Of a stretch of DNA of 64,000 nucleotides, positions 48,197 to 58,475 are shown in pieces. The notes below the pieces were generated by a model. The model was not told where the DNA came from, did not search any database, and was given only the letters and a program-made list of their open reading frames with translations. This DNA comes from Thainema sp. (GTDB taxonomy: Bacteria; Cyanobacteriota; Cyanobacteriia; Phormidesmidales; Phormidesmidaceae), in assembly GCA_052168235.1 (NCBI GenBank), contig JBQLZK010000016.1, positions 53,371 through 117,370 on the forward strand, in the 5' to 3' direction. A program made the translations under genes and the position numbers. The first letter of the stretch is position 1; every line of letters starts with the position of its first letter.

Positions 48197-48246
48197 GCAC
48201 TATTTTTTAGTGCTATAACTAGATGTTGAATACTACTCAATAGTAT
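48197..48246. promoter_or_regulatory. Pair of palindromic operator-like sites RYACTA-N5-TAGTRY
   Basis: GCACTA-ttttt-TAGTGC (48197-48213) and ATACTA-ctcaa-TAGTAT (48230-48246); centres 33 bp apart. Confidence 0.55.
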
Positions 48247-48327
48247 AGCCATCGTCTTCAAGTCCAGATGTCAACGGTTTAGGCAACTTGACCCCGTTAT
48301 CTGCCTAAACCGCTCTAGTCCAGATGA

Positions 48328-48432
48328 TAAGTAGCTGCATATAAAAAAATGCATATCTAAAAAACCGGGGGAGCGCCCCGGAGGAGCGCTCCCCCGGTTT
48401 TTTAGATGCGTTTATTTATGCCAACCTACTTA
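48328..48432. mobile_element. MITE-like hairpin element, TAAGTAG family, copy 2
   Basis: Near-identical to 2131-2234, same orientation. Confidence 0.85.
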
Positions 48433-48471
48433 AACACTATCCACTCATTCTTTTAAGGTAAACAGGATCTT

Positions 48472-51318
48472 ATGGTTCTCGGCCAATTCTCTGATTCTCC
48501 TGACTCTGAAGTCAGTACGGTTGCTAAACCACTCTCCAATGAGTGGCATACCCTCAGCCCCCATCAAGCCGTTACTCTACTAGAAAGTAGTGCCCAAGGT
48601 CTGAGTGCGAGTGAAACACAGCGGCGACAGCAGATCTATGGTTTGAATGAACTCAAGGAAAGCGCAACTCGCAAACCCTGGGAGATTCTGTGGGATCAGT
48701 TTAAGAACATCATGCTGCTGATGCTGATTGCGGTGGCGCTGGTGTCTTTGGTTTTGGACTTGCAGAAGGGTGGCTTTCCTAAAGATGCGATCGCAATTTT
48801 TGCCATTGTGCTACTGAACGGGGCACTGGGCTATCTGCAAGAGAGCAAAGCGGAGAAAGCTCTAGCGGCGCTAAAGGGCATGACTTCTCCCCGCGTGCGG
48901 GTGATGCGGCAGGGACAAGAGCAGGAAATTGATGCCAAAGCCCTGGTACCCGGCGACATTGTGCTGCTGGAAGCAGGGGGACAAGTGCCTGCCGATGGCC
49001 GACTGCTGAATGCTGCCAATCTCCAGGTGCGGGAGGCGGCGTTGACGGGTGAGGCCGAAGCCGTCATCAAACAGCCGGATGCCGTTCTGCCAGAAGAGTC
49101 GGCGTTGGGCGACCGCCTCAACCTGGTGTTTCAAGGCACGGAAATCTTGCAGGGACGCGGTACGGTTTTAGTTACGCAAACGGGGATGCAGACTGAACTA
49201 GGCCGCATCGCTAGCCTAATTCAGTCCGTGGAATCAGAACCCACTCCCCTTCAGCAGCGGATGGCTCAGCTCGGCAACGTGCTGGTATCCGGCTCGCTGG
49301 TGCTGGTGGCGCTAGTCGTAGCCGTGGGCTTGCTGCGGACGGGCAACCTCAGCCTATTTGACGAGCTGCTGGAAGTCTCACTCAGTATGGCCGTGGCGGT
49401 TGTCCCTGAAGGTTTGCCAGCGGTGATTACTGTCACCTTAGCGCTCGGTACGCAGCGAATGGTGCGTCGCCATGCCCTGATCCGCAAGCTGCCCGCCGTT
49501 GAAACTCTGGGTTCTGTCACCACGATCTGCTCCGATAAAACGGGCACCTTGACCCAAAACAAGATGGTTGTGCAGCAGGTCAAGACCTTAGATACGGAGT
49601 ATCAGGTCACTGGCGAAGGTTATGCGCCCTTTGGCAGCATTCTGGCTCACGGCCAAGTCGTTCAAGTGGAAGATTCTGCCGCACTGAAGGCGCTGCTGGT
49701 CGCCAGTGCATTATGTAATGACGCGACGCTGAACCACACAGGTAGCCTCTGGACGATTTTGGGTGATCCGACCGAAGGCGCACTGCTGGCGCTGGCGGGT
49801 AAAGGTGGGTTCAACGCAGATAAGCTAAGCCAACAGTGCGATCGCATGGCTGAAATCCCCTTCACCTCCGAGCGCAAGCGCATGAGCGTCGTGGTGAAAA
49901 GCCATGCTCCAGAAGCGTTTGCGCTGAATCAGGCCAATCCAGTCATGTTCACCAAAGGATCGCCGGAGCTGGTGCTGGAGCGGTGCCAGTCGGCTCAAGC
50001 CGCAGGCGGATTAGTACCGTTAACGTCGGCCAAAAAACAGGCCATCCTAGAGCAGAATGACCTGATGGCCTCACGGGGACTGCGGGTGCTCGGTTTCGCG
50101 ACGAAGCCGTTGGAAAATACAGCACTTAACGGTCGCTCCAATAGCTCCGAGGATTTAGAAGCCGAAGAACAAGACCTGATTTGGCTGGGCCTGGTGGGGA
50201 TGCTGGATGCGCCTCGGCCTGAAGTGCGAGACGCAGTAGTCGCCTGCCGCCGCGCCGGGATTCGCCCAGTCATGATTACGGGTGATCATCCCCTGACCGC
50301 AAAAGCGATCGCAGAAAATCTGGGGATTGCCCAACCGGGAGACACGATTCTGACGGGACGCGATCTGACCCATCTCACCACTGAAGCGCTGGAGGAAACG
50401 GTTAGCCAAGTCAGCGTCTACGCTCGGGTCGCACCGAAACATAAGCTTCGAATTGTGCAGGCTCTGCAAAAGCGAGGCGAGTTCGTTGCCATGACAGGTG
50501 ACGGTGTGAATGACGCCCCGGCGTTGAAGCAGGCTGATATCGGCATTGCGATGGGCATTACGGGCACCGACGTGAGTAAGGAAGCTAGCGACATGGTGCT
50601 ACTGGACGACAACTTTACTACCATCGTGGCCGCGACCGAAGAAGGACGGGTCGTGTATGACAATATTCGTCGCTTCATTAAGTACATTCTGGGCAGCAAT
50701 ATCGGTGAAGTGTTGACCATTGCCGCCGCGCCGCTGATGGGATTGGGTGGCGTTCCCCTCTCGCCCCTGCAAATTTTGTGGATGAACTTGGTAACGGATG
50801 GTGTCCCCGCGCTGGCACTCGCAATGGAACCTGCCGAGCCAAACGTGATGCAGCGTCCGCCGCATGACCCGAAGGAAAGTATTTTTGCTCGCGGGTTGGG
50901 ATCTTACATGGTGCGAGTTGGCATTCTGCTGGCCGTTCTGACGATTGGATTGATGGCCTGGGCCTATCGTCACACCCATGCTGCCGACTATGCTGGCAAT
51001 CCCGATACCTGGAAGACGATGGTGTTTACCACGCTCTGTCTGGCGCAGATGGGTCACGCCTTAGCAGCCCGCTCTGATATCCGACTAACCATTCAACTGA
51101 ATCCGCTCTCGAATCCCTATGTATGGGGAGCCGTGCTGCTAACAACGGGATTGCAGATTCTGCTGATCTATGTGCCTGCACTGCAGCAGTTCTTCGGCTT
51201 GCATCCCCTATCTCAATTGGAACTGGCGGTTTGCTTTGGCTTTAGTGCGCTGATTTTCATTTGGTTAGAACTCGAAAAGCTGTTTATTCAGCTAATGCTA
51301 AAGCGCAAGCAATCCTAA
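48472..51318 (+). CDS. Cation-transporting P-type ATPase (P2A, Ca2+-type)
   Basis: [45 protein letters not shown]. Confidence 0.95.
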   Translation: MVLGQFSDSPDSEVSTVAKPLSNEWHTLSPHQAVTLLESSAQGLSASETQRRQQIYGLNELKESATRKPWEILWDQFKNIMLLMLIAVALVSLVLDLQKGGFPKDAIAIFAIVLLNGALGYLQESKAEKALAALKGMTSPRVRVMRQGQEQEIDAKALVPGDIVLLEAGGQVPADGRLLNAANLQVREAALTGEAEAVIKQPDAVLPEESALGDRLNLVFQGTEILQGRGTVLVTQTGMQTELGRIASLIQSVESEPTPLQQRMAQLGNVLVSGSLVLVALVVAVGLLRTGNLSLFDELLEVSLSMAVAVVPEGLPAVITVTLALGTQRMVRRHALIRKLPAVETLGSVTTICSDKTGTLTQNKMVVQQVKTLDTEYQVTGEGYAPFGSILAHGQVVQVEDSAALKALLVASALCNDATLNHTGSLWTILGDPTEGALLALAGKGGFNADKLSQQCDRMAEIPFTSERKRMSVVVKSHAPEAFALNQANPVMFTKGSPELVLERCQSAQAAGGLVPLTSAKKQAILEQNDLMASRGLRVLGFATKPLENTALNGRSNSSEDLEAEEQDLIWLGLVGMLDAPRPEVRDAVVACRRAGIRPVMITGDHPLTAKAIAENLGIAQPGDTILTGRDLTHLTTEALEETVSQVSVYARVAPKHKLRIVQALQKRGEFVAMTGDGVNDAPALKQADIGIAMGITGTDVSKEASDMVLLDDNFTTIVAATEEGRVVYDNIRRFIKYILGSNIGEVLTIAAAPLMGLGGVPLSPLQILWMNLVTDGVPALALAMEPAEPNVMQRPPHDPKESIFARGLGSYMVRVGILLAVLTIGLMAWAYRHTHAADYAGNPDTWKTMVFTTLCLAQMGHALAARSDIRLTIQLNPLSNPYVWGAVLLTTGLQILLIYVPALQQFFGLHPLSQLELAVCFGFSALIFIWLELEKLFIQLMLKRKQS

Positions 51319-51417
51319 TATCGAGTCCATTTATTAAGACCCAGCTCCTTTTTGTGAAAGCTTGGCTAGGCCAAGCTTTCACAAAAAGAAATCATCGGGT
51401 TTTAACCGGACTTTGTA
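51319..51417. mobile_element. MITE-like hairpin element (AGTCC-type ends) directly after the ATPase stop
   Basis: TATCGAGTCC...GGACTTTGTA shell; perfect 19-bp arms CTTTTTGTGAAAGCTTGGC-TAG-GCCAAGCTTTCACAAAAAG. Confidence 0.6.
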
Positions 51418-51554
51418 TGTTGGGTTATGGCCTGTGGCAAACACCTGAGCTAATTTTGCGTTAGCGCAGTTATGGCAGTCTACATAGCGCTGTATTCAGC
51501 GGAGAAATGCTATAACCAAACTGCTCAAGAAAATGCGATCGCACATTTCGTATT

Positions 51555-51752
51555 ATGTCTGACACCCCGTCTTATTTAACGCCGGAAGAGCTGGAGCGCT
51601 GGCAGTTTGGGCTACAGCAGGCCAATCTCAACAACATCTTCTGTCACTGCCGCGATTGCGACGAAACTTGGGTCGCCTCCTCGGCAGAAGATTGTGCTTG
51701 TGGCAGCAGCAATGTTGAACATATCGCCTGCTGGCAGTTTCCAGACGGTTAG
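51555..51752 (+). CDS. Small zinc-ribbon-like Cys-rich protein
   Basis: 65 aa with CHCRDC...CACGS...ACWQFPD. Confidence 0.7.
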   Translation: MSDTPSYLTPEELERWQFGLQQANLNNIFCHCRDCDETWVASSAEDCACGSSNVEHIACWQFPDG

Positions 51753-51973
51753 CGATCGCACGCGATTCATTCTCAGATTCTCTCCCCATCCGTACTGCCA
51801 AGTCTCCTATCGTCGCTGCCAGCGGTAGCGCCGCTTCGGCAGTCGTTGCTCAATCCAGTCACTGAGCGATTTTTCCAGTGTCTACAGGTGCCACTCACGT
51901 CACTGCCAGCAATGTCCCAACCAAACTGGTACCTTAGAAATTGAGCTGCTTATCTATCGCTTCTAGATTGTTA

Positions 51974-53023
51974 ATGGTTAATTCCTCGGCTTCTGCGATC
52001 GCACATTCCTATGCCAACCTCGATCAACCTGTAGGTCAGCCCGCAACGGCATATCCGCTCAGCATTGCGCCCATGATGGATCGCACCGATCGGCACTACC
52101 GCTACTTCATGCGGCAGATTACGAAGCGGACGCTGCTGTATACCGAAATGGTCACCACTGCCGCCATTCTGCATGGCGATCGGGATAAGCTGCTGGGATT
52201 TTCCGAGATTGAAAAGCCGCTAGCCCTACAACTGGGCGGCGACAATCCAGCCGAACTGGCCGAATGTGCCCGCGTTGCCCAGGATTGGGGCTATGACGAA
52301 ATTAATTTAAACGTGGGGTGCCCCAGCGATCGCGTCCAGAGCGGCAACTTTGGTGCATGTTTAATGACCCAGCCGCAGCGTGTGGCCGACTGCATCGCCG
52401 CCATGATGGCCGCCACGAATTTACCTGTAACCGTTAAGCACCGCATTGGCGTAGACGACCTCGATCGCTACGAAGACATGGCCCATTTTGTGCAGACCGT
52501 CTCCCAAACGGGCTGTCAGCGCTTCACTGTTCATGCTCGCAAAGCCTGGCTGCAAGGACTGAGTCCTAAAGAAAACCGCGATGTGCCGCCGCTGCGCTAT
52601 GCAGATGTGCATCGGCTCAAGCAAGACTTTCCCCAGCTCACGATTGAAATCAACGGTGGCTTCAAAACCTTGGAACAGGCTCAAGTTCAGCTACCAGCGG
52701 TCGATGCCGTGATGATTGGTCGGGCAGCCTACGACAATCCCTACATCTTTGCCCAAGCCGACCACCAGTTTTACGGCTCCGATACTGAACTCCTGTCGCG
52801 GCAAGCCGTTGCGATCGCAATGCTGGATTACTGCGATCGCTGGGTCGCCCAAGGCTTTAAGCTGAACACGATTACGCGCCACATGCTGCAACTCTTCTAC
52901 GGTCAACCCGGTAGCCGCATTTGGAAACGAGTGATCACCGAGAATTCATGCCGAATCGGTAACGGTTCAGACGTGATTCGAGAAGCGTTGAGGCAAATGT
53001 CATTCTCAACACCCAAAACCTAA
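51974..53023 (+). CDS. dusA: tRNA dihydrouridine(20/20a) synthase DusA
   Basis: SIAPMMDRTDRH, QLGG, NLNVGCPSDRVQSG, VHARKAWLQGLSPKENRDVPPL; start uncertain. Confidence 0.95.
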   Translation: MVNSSASAIAHSYANLDQPVGQPATAYPLSIAPMMDRTDRHYRYFMRQITKRTLLYTEMVTTAAILHGDRDKLLGFSEIEKPLALQLGGDNPAELAECARVAQDWGYDEINLNVGCPSDRVQSGNFGACLMTQPQRVADCIAAMMAATNLPVTVKHRIGVDDLDRYEDMAHFVQTVSQTGCQRFTVHARKAWLQGLSPKENRDVPPLRYADVHRLKQDFPQLTIEINGGFKTLEQAQVQLPAVDAVMIGRAAYDNPYIFAQADHQFYGSDTELLSRQAVAIAMLDYCDRWVAQGFKLNTITRHMLQLFYGQPGSRIWKRVITENSCRIGNGSDVIREALRQMSFSTPKT

Positions 53024-53120
53024 CACCTAGCACCCAGCCCTCCACCCTTTCTCATCCTCACTCCGGGCAAGTTAAACCTCCTGATAGAGTTTTGTTGATG
53101 TAGCGTTAGATAAAAGTGGG

Positions 53121-53438
53121 GTGTCCCTTACACCTCCGCCAAAGCCTATGGCTGTTAACACCTTTGAGTCATTTGCCACCCAAGTTGCGATCGCATCCCT
53201 TGATGTTTACCGTGCCCATGTTTCGCCCCGAAAGGGTTTCTCCTGTCCTCATCGATTGCTACATGGTGATGAATCGTGTTCTGACTATGTCAGACGAATT
53301 TTGACTACCCAAAGTTTAACCGCAGCTATTCAACTGGCCCCTCAGCGCTTTCAAGCCTGCAAAGCCGCCACCCAAACCATGCAGAAACGGAAGTCTGACA
53401 GCGGATGTATCATCATTCCCTGCTGCATTCCAATCTAA
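53121..53438 (+). CDS. YidD-like (membrane protein insertion efficiency factor family) small protein
   Basis: YRAHVSPRKGFSCPHR..ESCSDY..RFQAC; start may be the ATG at 53148. Confidence 0.7.
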   Translation: MSLTPPPKPMAVNTFESFATQVAIASLDVYRAHVSPRKGFSCPHRLLHGDESCSDYVRRILTTQSLTAAIQLAPQRFQACKAATQTMQKRKSDSGCIIIPCCIPI

Positions 53439-53477
53439 GTCAAGTCAAGTTGAAATACTCAAGCTTCTCTCACACAG

Positions 53478-53522
53478 AAAGAGGTAATTTGCTGCCAAAA
53501 GACCCAGTGAATTACCTCTTTT
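53478..53522 (+). terminator. Terminator-like hairpin
   Basis: AAAGAGGTAATTTGCTG...CAGTGAATTACCTCTTTT. Confidence 0.5.
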
Positions 53523-53663
53523 GCGGTAGCGCAATGCGTTTTTTTAAGTAATACGTCCGAGTATGAAGTCTGCAACTCATTGTTAGGACTAATGGGAACG
53601 CTAAGGGTGATAACGCTAGAAGCGATACGCGTTCTCAAACTATAGCTTTCGTACTAAGTTTGT

Positions 53664-55211
53664 ATGGAAAATCCCGATCTAACATCGCTGATTCAGTTGA
53701 TTAGCGATCGCATTGGTCTCAAAATGAGCGGTCAACAGCTTGCATCGCTACAGTGTTATGTCGAGGTTAGAATTAAAGGATTGCGGTTAGCACATATTGA
53801 TGATTATTGTGCCTTACTACAAACCGTTTCCGCTGAACAAAAAAACTGGCGCTTTCAGAATTTGGCAACTCAAGAATGGCAGCAGTTAATTAATCAATTA
53901 ACCGTTGGTGAAAGCTATTTTTTTCGTGATACTAAGCAGTTTGAATTACTAAAGACACGCATTTTCCCTGAACTCATTCAACGAAAGCGACAATCTGCGA
54001 TCGCAACCGCTGCTCCATCCTCTTCTCATGCACGACCATCGCTGCGCCTCTGGAGCGCTGGTTGTTCCACTGGGGAAGAAGTTTATTCATTGGCCATTAT
54101 GCTACAGGAACTGTTGCCGGACTGGAGCAGTTGGAATATTCAGATCATCGGCACCGATATTAATGCGATCGCAATTGAAAAAGCTCGAATGGGTCTATAT
54201 CCGGACTGGTCGTTTCGCCATACCCAGCCCGCCGTTCGACCCCAGTACCTCACTCGAACGGCCAAAGGCTGGCAGGTCAGCCAGGCACTGAAGCAAATAG
54301 TGCACTTCTATCCGCTGAATTTAGTCAGCGATACCGTACCTAATCCTCAGCTTGGCTCACAAACGATTGACTTTCTGATCTGCCGCAACGTTTTTATTTA
54401 CTTTCACCCGGATGCGATCGCACAGGTCTTGCGCAAGTTTTATACCACACTGGCCCCACAGGGCTATTTGATGACGGGGCATACGGAACTGCAGGGTATC
54501 CAAACACAGCCGTTTCAGATTTGCTGCTTTCCGGAATCGATTTTGTATCAGCGATCGCTTAATCAGACAGCCTATCATGAGTCAAATTCGACATCTCCCT
54601 TGCCAGTCAACGCGCTAGCTGAAGCGCCAACCACGGCATCATTAGCAGTGGGAAACCCACCCGTTCATCAGCGATCGGTTCAGGCAAATCGACCGTCTCG
54701 CTCAGTCAAATATCCGCTTCAATTCTCTATGATCGCGCAACAGAATACGCTAGTTGATTCAGCCCAGTTGCAGTCTCCAGCCAGCCAGTTCAATCAGCCT
54801 GACTCGCAAAATAAATCGGCCTATCGCAATTACTTAAAAGCAGCAGAAAATCATGCTGATTCAGGAGAATATGCAGAAGCGTTATCTGCCTGTCAATATG
54901 CGATTCAGCTTCAGCCCTTTCGAGTTGAGCCGCTGTATTTGCTGGCTCATTTAGCCGAAGAAAATGGTGATCCAGAACAGGCTAAAATACTGCTCAAAAA
55001 AATTATTTATCTCGATCCTAATGCAGCAGCAGCTTACCTGGAATTGGCGATGATCTATCAGCAACAAGGCGACCCAAAACGGGCAACAAAGCAACTACAC
55101 CATGCATTTTTGCTGTTGAGGACTATGCCCGATTCAGCCGCGATACCGGGCTATAGCTACGCGACCGTTGGCGATGCCCGCCAGTATTTGCAGCAGATCG
55201 GTATTGCATAG
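53664..55211 (+). CDS. cheR: Chemotaxis methyltransferase CheR with C-terminal TPR
   Basis: LTVGESYFFRD, WSAGCSTGEEVYS, GTDIN, CRNVFIYF; TPR repeats. Confidence 0.93.
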   Translation: MENPDLTSLIQLISDRIGLKMSGQQLASLQCYVEVRIKGLRLAHIDDYCALLQTVSAEQKNWRFQNLATQEWQQLINQLTVGESYFFRDTKQFELLKTRIFPELIQRKRQSAIATAAPSSSHARPSLRLWSAGCSTGEEVYSLAIMLQELLPDWSSWNIQIIGTDINAIAIEKARMGLYPDWSFRHTQPAVRPQYLTRTAKGWQVSQALKQIVHFYPLNLVSDTVPNPQLGSQTIDFLICRNVFIYFHPDAIAQVLRKFYTTLAPQGYLMTGHTELQGIQTQPFQICCFPESILYQRSLNQTAYHESNSTSPLPVNALAEAPTTASLAVGNPPVHQRSVQANRPSRSVKYPLQFSMIAQQNTLVDSAQLQSPASQFNQPDSQNKSAYRNYLKAAENHADSGEYAEALSACQYAIQLQPFRVEPLYLLAHLAEENGDPEQAKILLKKIIYLDPNAAAAYLELAMIYQQQGDPKRATKQLHHAFLLLRTMPDSAAIPGYSYATVGDARQYLQQIGIA

Positions 55212-55502
55212 CCTGTTTGGAAAAACAACTGCTGGGTTTTCTATCGCTATATATTGAGGACTTTGAATAAAGGTTACGGGTTGATCTGCGATCGCAGATC
55301 ACATAACTCAGCAGGGAAGTCTAAAGGCGTAGGTTAGAGGTTTTTTTGCTAATAAATCAACAAATTTTGGTGTAAAAACAGAAATCAAACAGCAATTTGA
55401 GCCCCAAAATTTGACAGATCTAGAGCATTTAGAGCAAATCGTCTAAGTGACCCACTCTACACAACTAGACTGTTCTATTTCTTAATTTGTGACTGGTGTG
55501 AA

Positions 55503-56651
55503 ATGAAGAGCCAACCCTATCTAATTTTTGAGTCAACTCACAAGCGTTATGGATTAGATGCTCATATCGTTGAAGAGATATTTTTGCTGCCCGAAATCAC
55601 CTCTATTCCAGAAGCCTCTCCGCTCATTTTGGGTGTGATTAACCTGCGGGGACATATCCTGCCAATTTTCGATTTGAGTCAGCGGCTAGAAAGACGCTTA
55701 CACCATTTCGCCATCACAGACAGCATCATTGTGATAACCAATCAGCAGCAACGGGTGGGGCTCGTGGTCAGTCACGTCTACGAAGTCGAGTTCATTACAC
55801 CGCAGGATGTTGAATTCAATTATTTGCTGGAACCTGATCATCGCCATACAGCTCTGATTACGGGCATAGCAAAGCTAGATTCGCAACTGATTAACTTGAT
55901 TGATGCATCAATGCTGATGCGCTGGGATGAAACCTCGATTTCCTCCAAATCAGCTAAGCCAAACACACATTCTCTCCCATTACCGCTGAAATCCGAGCTA
56001 TCCAGTCCTGACAAATTATCAGGTCAATCAGCAAATGGAAATCAGCCCACGTCGGCTGTACCTATAACAGCTACATGCGTTCCCCCCACCAGTTCTGACG
56101 CGACGACAGACTACTTTTTCCCAACAGCAACTCCCCAGCAGCGCACCGTCCTGCATACCCGTGCTCAAAACTTGCTGTCTACTTTAGAGCAAGACAACTC
56201 CGCCAGCCTAACTCCTCTGGCTGTGATTCGGTTTGGAGAGGAACGTTTTGCCATTGGTGTAGAGGCCGTCCAGGAGTTTACCGATATCCGGCAGGTTACA
56301 CCCGTTCCCTGTTGCCCCGCTCACGTCATCGGCAATATGAATCTGCGCGGTGAAGTGTTGACCTTAATCGATATTCGCCATTTACTTCAGCTTCAGGGCA
56401 GTGCCAGCCGCTCCGCAGGTAAAGCCGTTGTCGTCAAGCTAAATGATCTAGTAGCCGGTATCGCAGTCGATGAAGTGTTTGACGTGATGTATATCCATCC
56501 CTCCAACATTTCAGCCGTTCCAACTGCCGTCCACACCGCCAAACAAGACTATTTGCGAGGTGTTGTAGCCTATAACGATTTATTTATAGGGGTTTTAGAT
56601 TTACCTGAAATTTTAGCCAACGGCGAATTAGATGTGAATGAAGTCCCCTAA
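55503..56651 (+). CDS. cheW: Tandem two-domain CheW
   Basis: GVINLRGHILPIFDL and GNMNLRGEVLTLIDI. Confidence 0.92.
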   Translation: MKSQPYLIFESTHKRYGLDAHIVEEIFLLPEITSIPEASPLILGVINLRGHILPIFDLSQRLERRLHHFAITDSIIVITNQQQRVGLVVSHVYEVEFITPQDVEFNYLLEPDHRHTALITGIAKLDSQLINLIDASMLMRWDETSISSKSAKPNTHSLPLPLKSELSSPDKLSGQSANGNQPTSAVPITATCVPPTSSDATTDYFFPTATPQQRTVLHTRAQNLLSTLEQDNSASLTPLAVIRFGEERFAIGVEAVQEFTDIRQVTPVPCCPAHVIGNMNLRGEVLTLIDIRHLLQLQGSASRSAGKAVVVKLNDLVAGIAVDEVFDVMYIHPSNISAVPTAVHTAKQDYLRGVVAYNDLFIGVLDLPEILANGELDVNEVP

Positions 56652-56716
56652 CGAAATCTCTTAATAAAGCCCCTTAATTCATCTCATCAACCTATCAATC
56701 CAGCCCATCCCTAAAC

Positions 56717-56825
56717 TAAGTAGCTGACCACAATCAAATACAAAACAACCTCAAACCCTGCGTCGCCTGATGCGCAGGCAGCGCAGAGTTTGAAGATCTG
56801 GTTTTTAATTACGCCCAGGTATTTA
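56717..56825. mobile_element. Divergent TAAGTAG-family element with a different hairpin core
   Basis: Left end TAAGTAGCTGACCACAATCAAATAC vs right-end reverse complement TAAATACCTGGGCGTAATTAAAAAC; core TCAAACCCTGCG..CCTG/CAGG..CGCAGAGTTTGA. Confidence 0.5.
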
Positions 56826-56851
56826 TTCGGCAAAGGAAACAAATCAAAGTC

Positions 56852-58306
56852 ATGCAGCAAAAATACAAACTTGGCAAAATTGTCCAGTTCGGTTTTGGTT
56901 CCATCTTTATCGTCATCGCAGGAGTCGGAATCATTTCCAAACTGACTACCAATCATTTAATAGAAAGCAGTCAATGGGTTGATCATACCCATCGAGCAAT
57001 CAGCTTAATTAACTCAGTTGAAGAAGCCCTAGTTGATGCAGAAACGGGACAGCGAGGCTTCATTATTACCAATCAGGATAGTTTTCTACAGCCTTACGAT
57101 GCAGCTAAGGCCCGCATTGACGGTGTTTTTGTAGACCTCCGCCAGCGGTTGTCAATTAACCCCACTCAGCTTGAATATATAGATCAGCTTGAAGAACTAT
57201 CCGATGCCAAATTTGACGAGATAGCTACCACGATTCAACTAAAGCGCAGCGGTCAGGAAGAGGAGCTAATGGCGCTGATTTCGTCTGGGCAGGGCCAAGA
57301 GATAATGGATGAAATTCGTCAACTTACAGATGAAATGCTGGCCATTGAAGAAGAACTGTTGGCTGAGCGAGAAGCCGATAATGCCGCCGCTGCCAACTTG
57401 GCCTCAATCGTTTCGATCGGTGGTGTCAGCCTTGTGCTGCTGATGGGCTTGGGCGTCCTGTTTTTTATTAATCGACAAGTGATTCGTCCCATTAATCAAG
57501 TTGCCACTGATTTAGCGACTTCCTCAAATGAACTGGCGGCCACTGTGCAGCAGCAGGAACAGGCTGCTTCACAACAGGCATCCTCCGTGACCCAAACCTC
57601 CAGCACGATGGAAGAACTGGGCATCTCGTCACGCCAGTCCGCAGAACAGGCTGAGATTGCTTCAGGAAGTGCTCGGCAGGTGCTGCAACTAGTTGAAAGT
57701 GGCAATAAAGCAGTTGAGCAAAGCTTAGACAGCATGATGCTGCTCACGCAAAAAGTACAAACTGTGGCTGAGCAGATTGCCCACTTTAGTGATCAAACCA
57801 GCCAGATTGGCAATATTTCGGCTCTCGTGAGCGATTTAGCGAATCAAACCAACATGCTGGCGCTGAATGCGGCGGTTGAGGCGGTGCGAGCTGGCGAACA
57901 TGGCAAAGGCTTTGCCGTTGTCGCAGCGGAAATTCGCAAACTGGCTGATCAAAGCCGCGTGTCGGCAGAGAAGATTAATATCCTGGTCAACGATATTCAG
58001 TCTGCTTTAACGGCGGCTGTTTTGGCAACCGATGATAGTACTCAAACCGCTCAGATAGGTTCCGAAATTTCGCATCAAACTGCCGATGTGTTTCAGCGCG
58101 TTTCAGATGCAGTTAATACGATTGTGAACAATGTCCAGCAGATTTCATTGAGTTCAAAACAGCAGTCCACTGCGATTAGCCAGGTCGTGGATGTGATGAC
58201 GGCTCTGGATTTAGCCGCTAAGGACACGGCAAGTAGTATTAGTCAGACGCGAATTAATACGCAGCAGCTCAATAAATCGGCCCATGACCTGCAGGCCGTT
58301 GTATAG
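56852..58306 (+). CDS. Methyl-accepting chemotaxis protein with CHASE3 sensor
   Basis: [18 protein letters not shown]; tip [27 protein letters not shown]. Confidence 0.93.
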   Translation: MQQKYKLGKIVQFGFGSIFIVIAGVGIISKLTTNHLIESSQWVDHTHRAISLINSVEEALVDAETGQRGFIITNQDSFLQPYDAAKARIDGVFVDLRQRLSINPTQLEYIDQLEELSDAKFDEIATTIQLKRSGQEEELMALISSGQGQEIMDEIRQLTDEMLAIEEELLAEREADNAAAANLASIVSIGGVSLVLLMGLGVLFFINRQVIRPINQVATDLATSSNELAATVQQQEQAASQQASSVTQTSSTMEELGISSRQSAEQAEIASGSARQVLQLVESGNKAVEQSLDSMMLLTQKVQTVAEQIAHFSDQTSQIGNISALVSDLANQTNMLALNAAVEAVRAGEHGKGFAVVAAEIRKLADQSRVSAEKINILVNDIQSALTAAVLATDDSTQTAQIGSEISHQTADVFQRVSDAVNTIVNNVQQISLSSKQQSTAISQVVDVMTALDLAAKDTASSISQTRINTQQLNKSAHDLQAVV

Positions 58307-58475
58307 CAGAATGCGTGATTGGGTTTAAGTTGGCTCAGATGCCCTTTCTAATTTGAATATTTCCTTTGAATATTTCCGACTTGAAGTTTTCCGTTCTCTA
58401 ACGACTGCAACTCAATCACACCGGGTGAATTGTTTGCACAGCTTTTCTATTTAAAAATTTTTACGGTATCGACTC

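Noticed and set aside
48195..48215. CIRCE element
   Set aside because: Arms resemble GCACT/AGTGC but spacing and inner bases differ from TTAGCACTC-N9-GAGTGCTAA.
48831..51057. Multiple antisense ORFs within the P-type ATPase (and similar ones in lysC, the MCPs and cheA)
   Set aside because: Expected shadow frames of GC-rich coding DNA.
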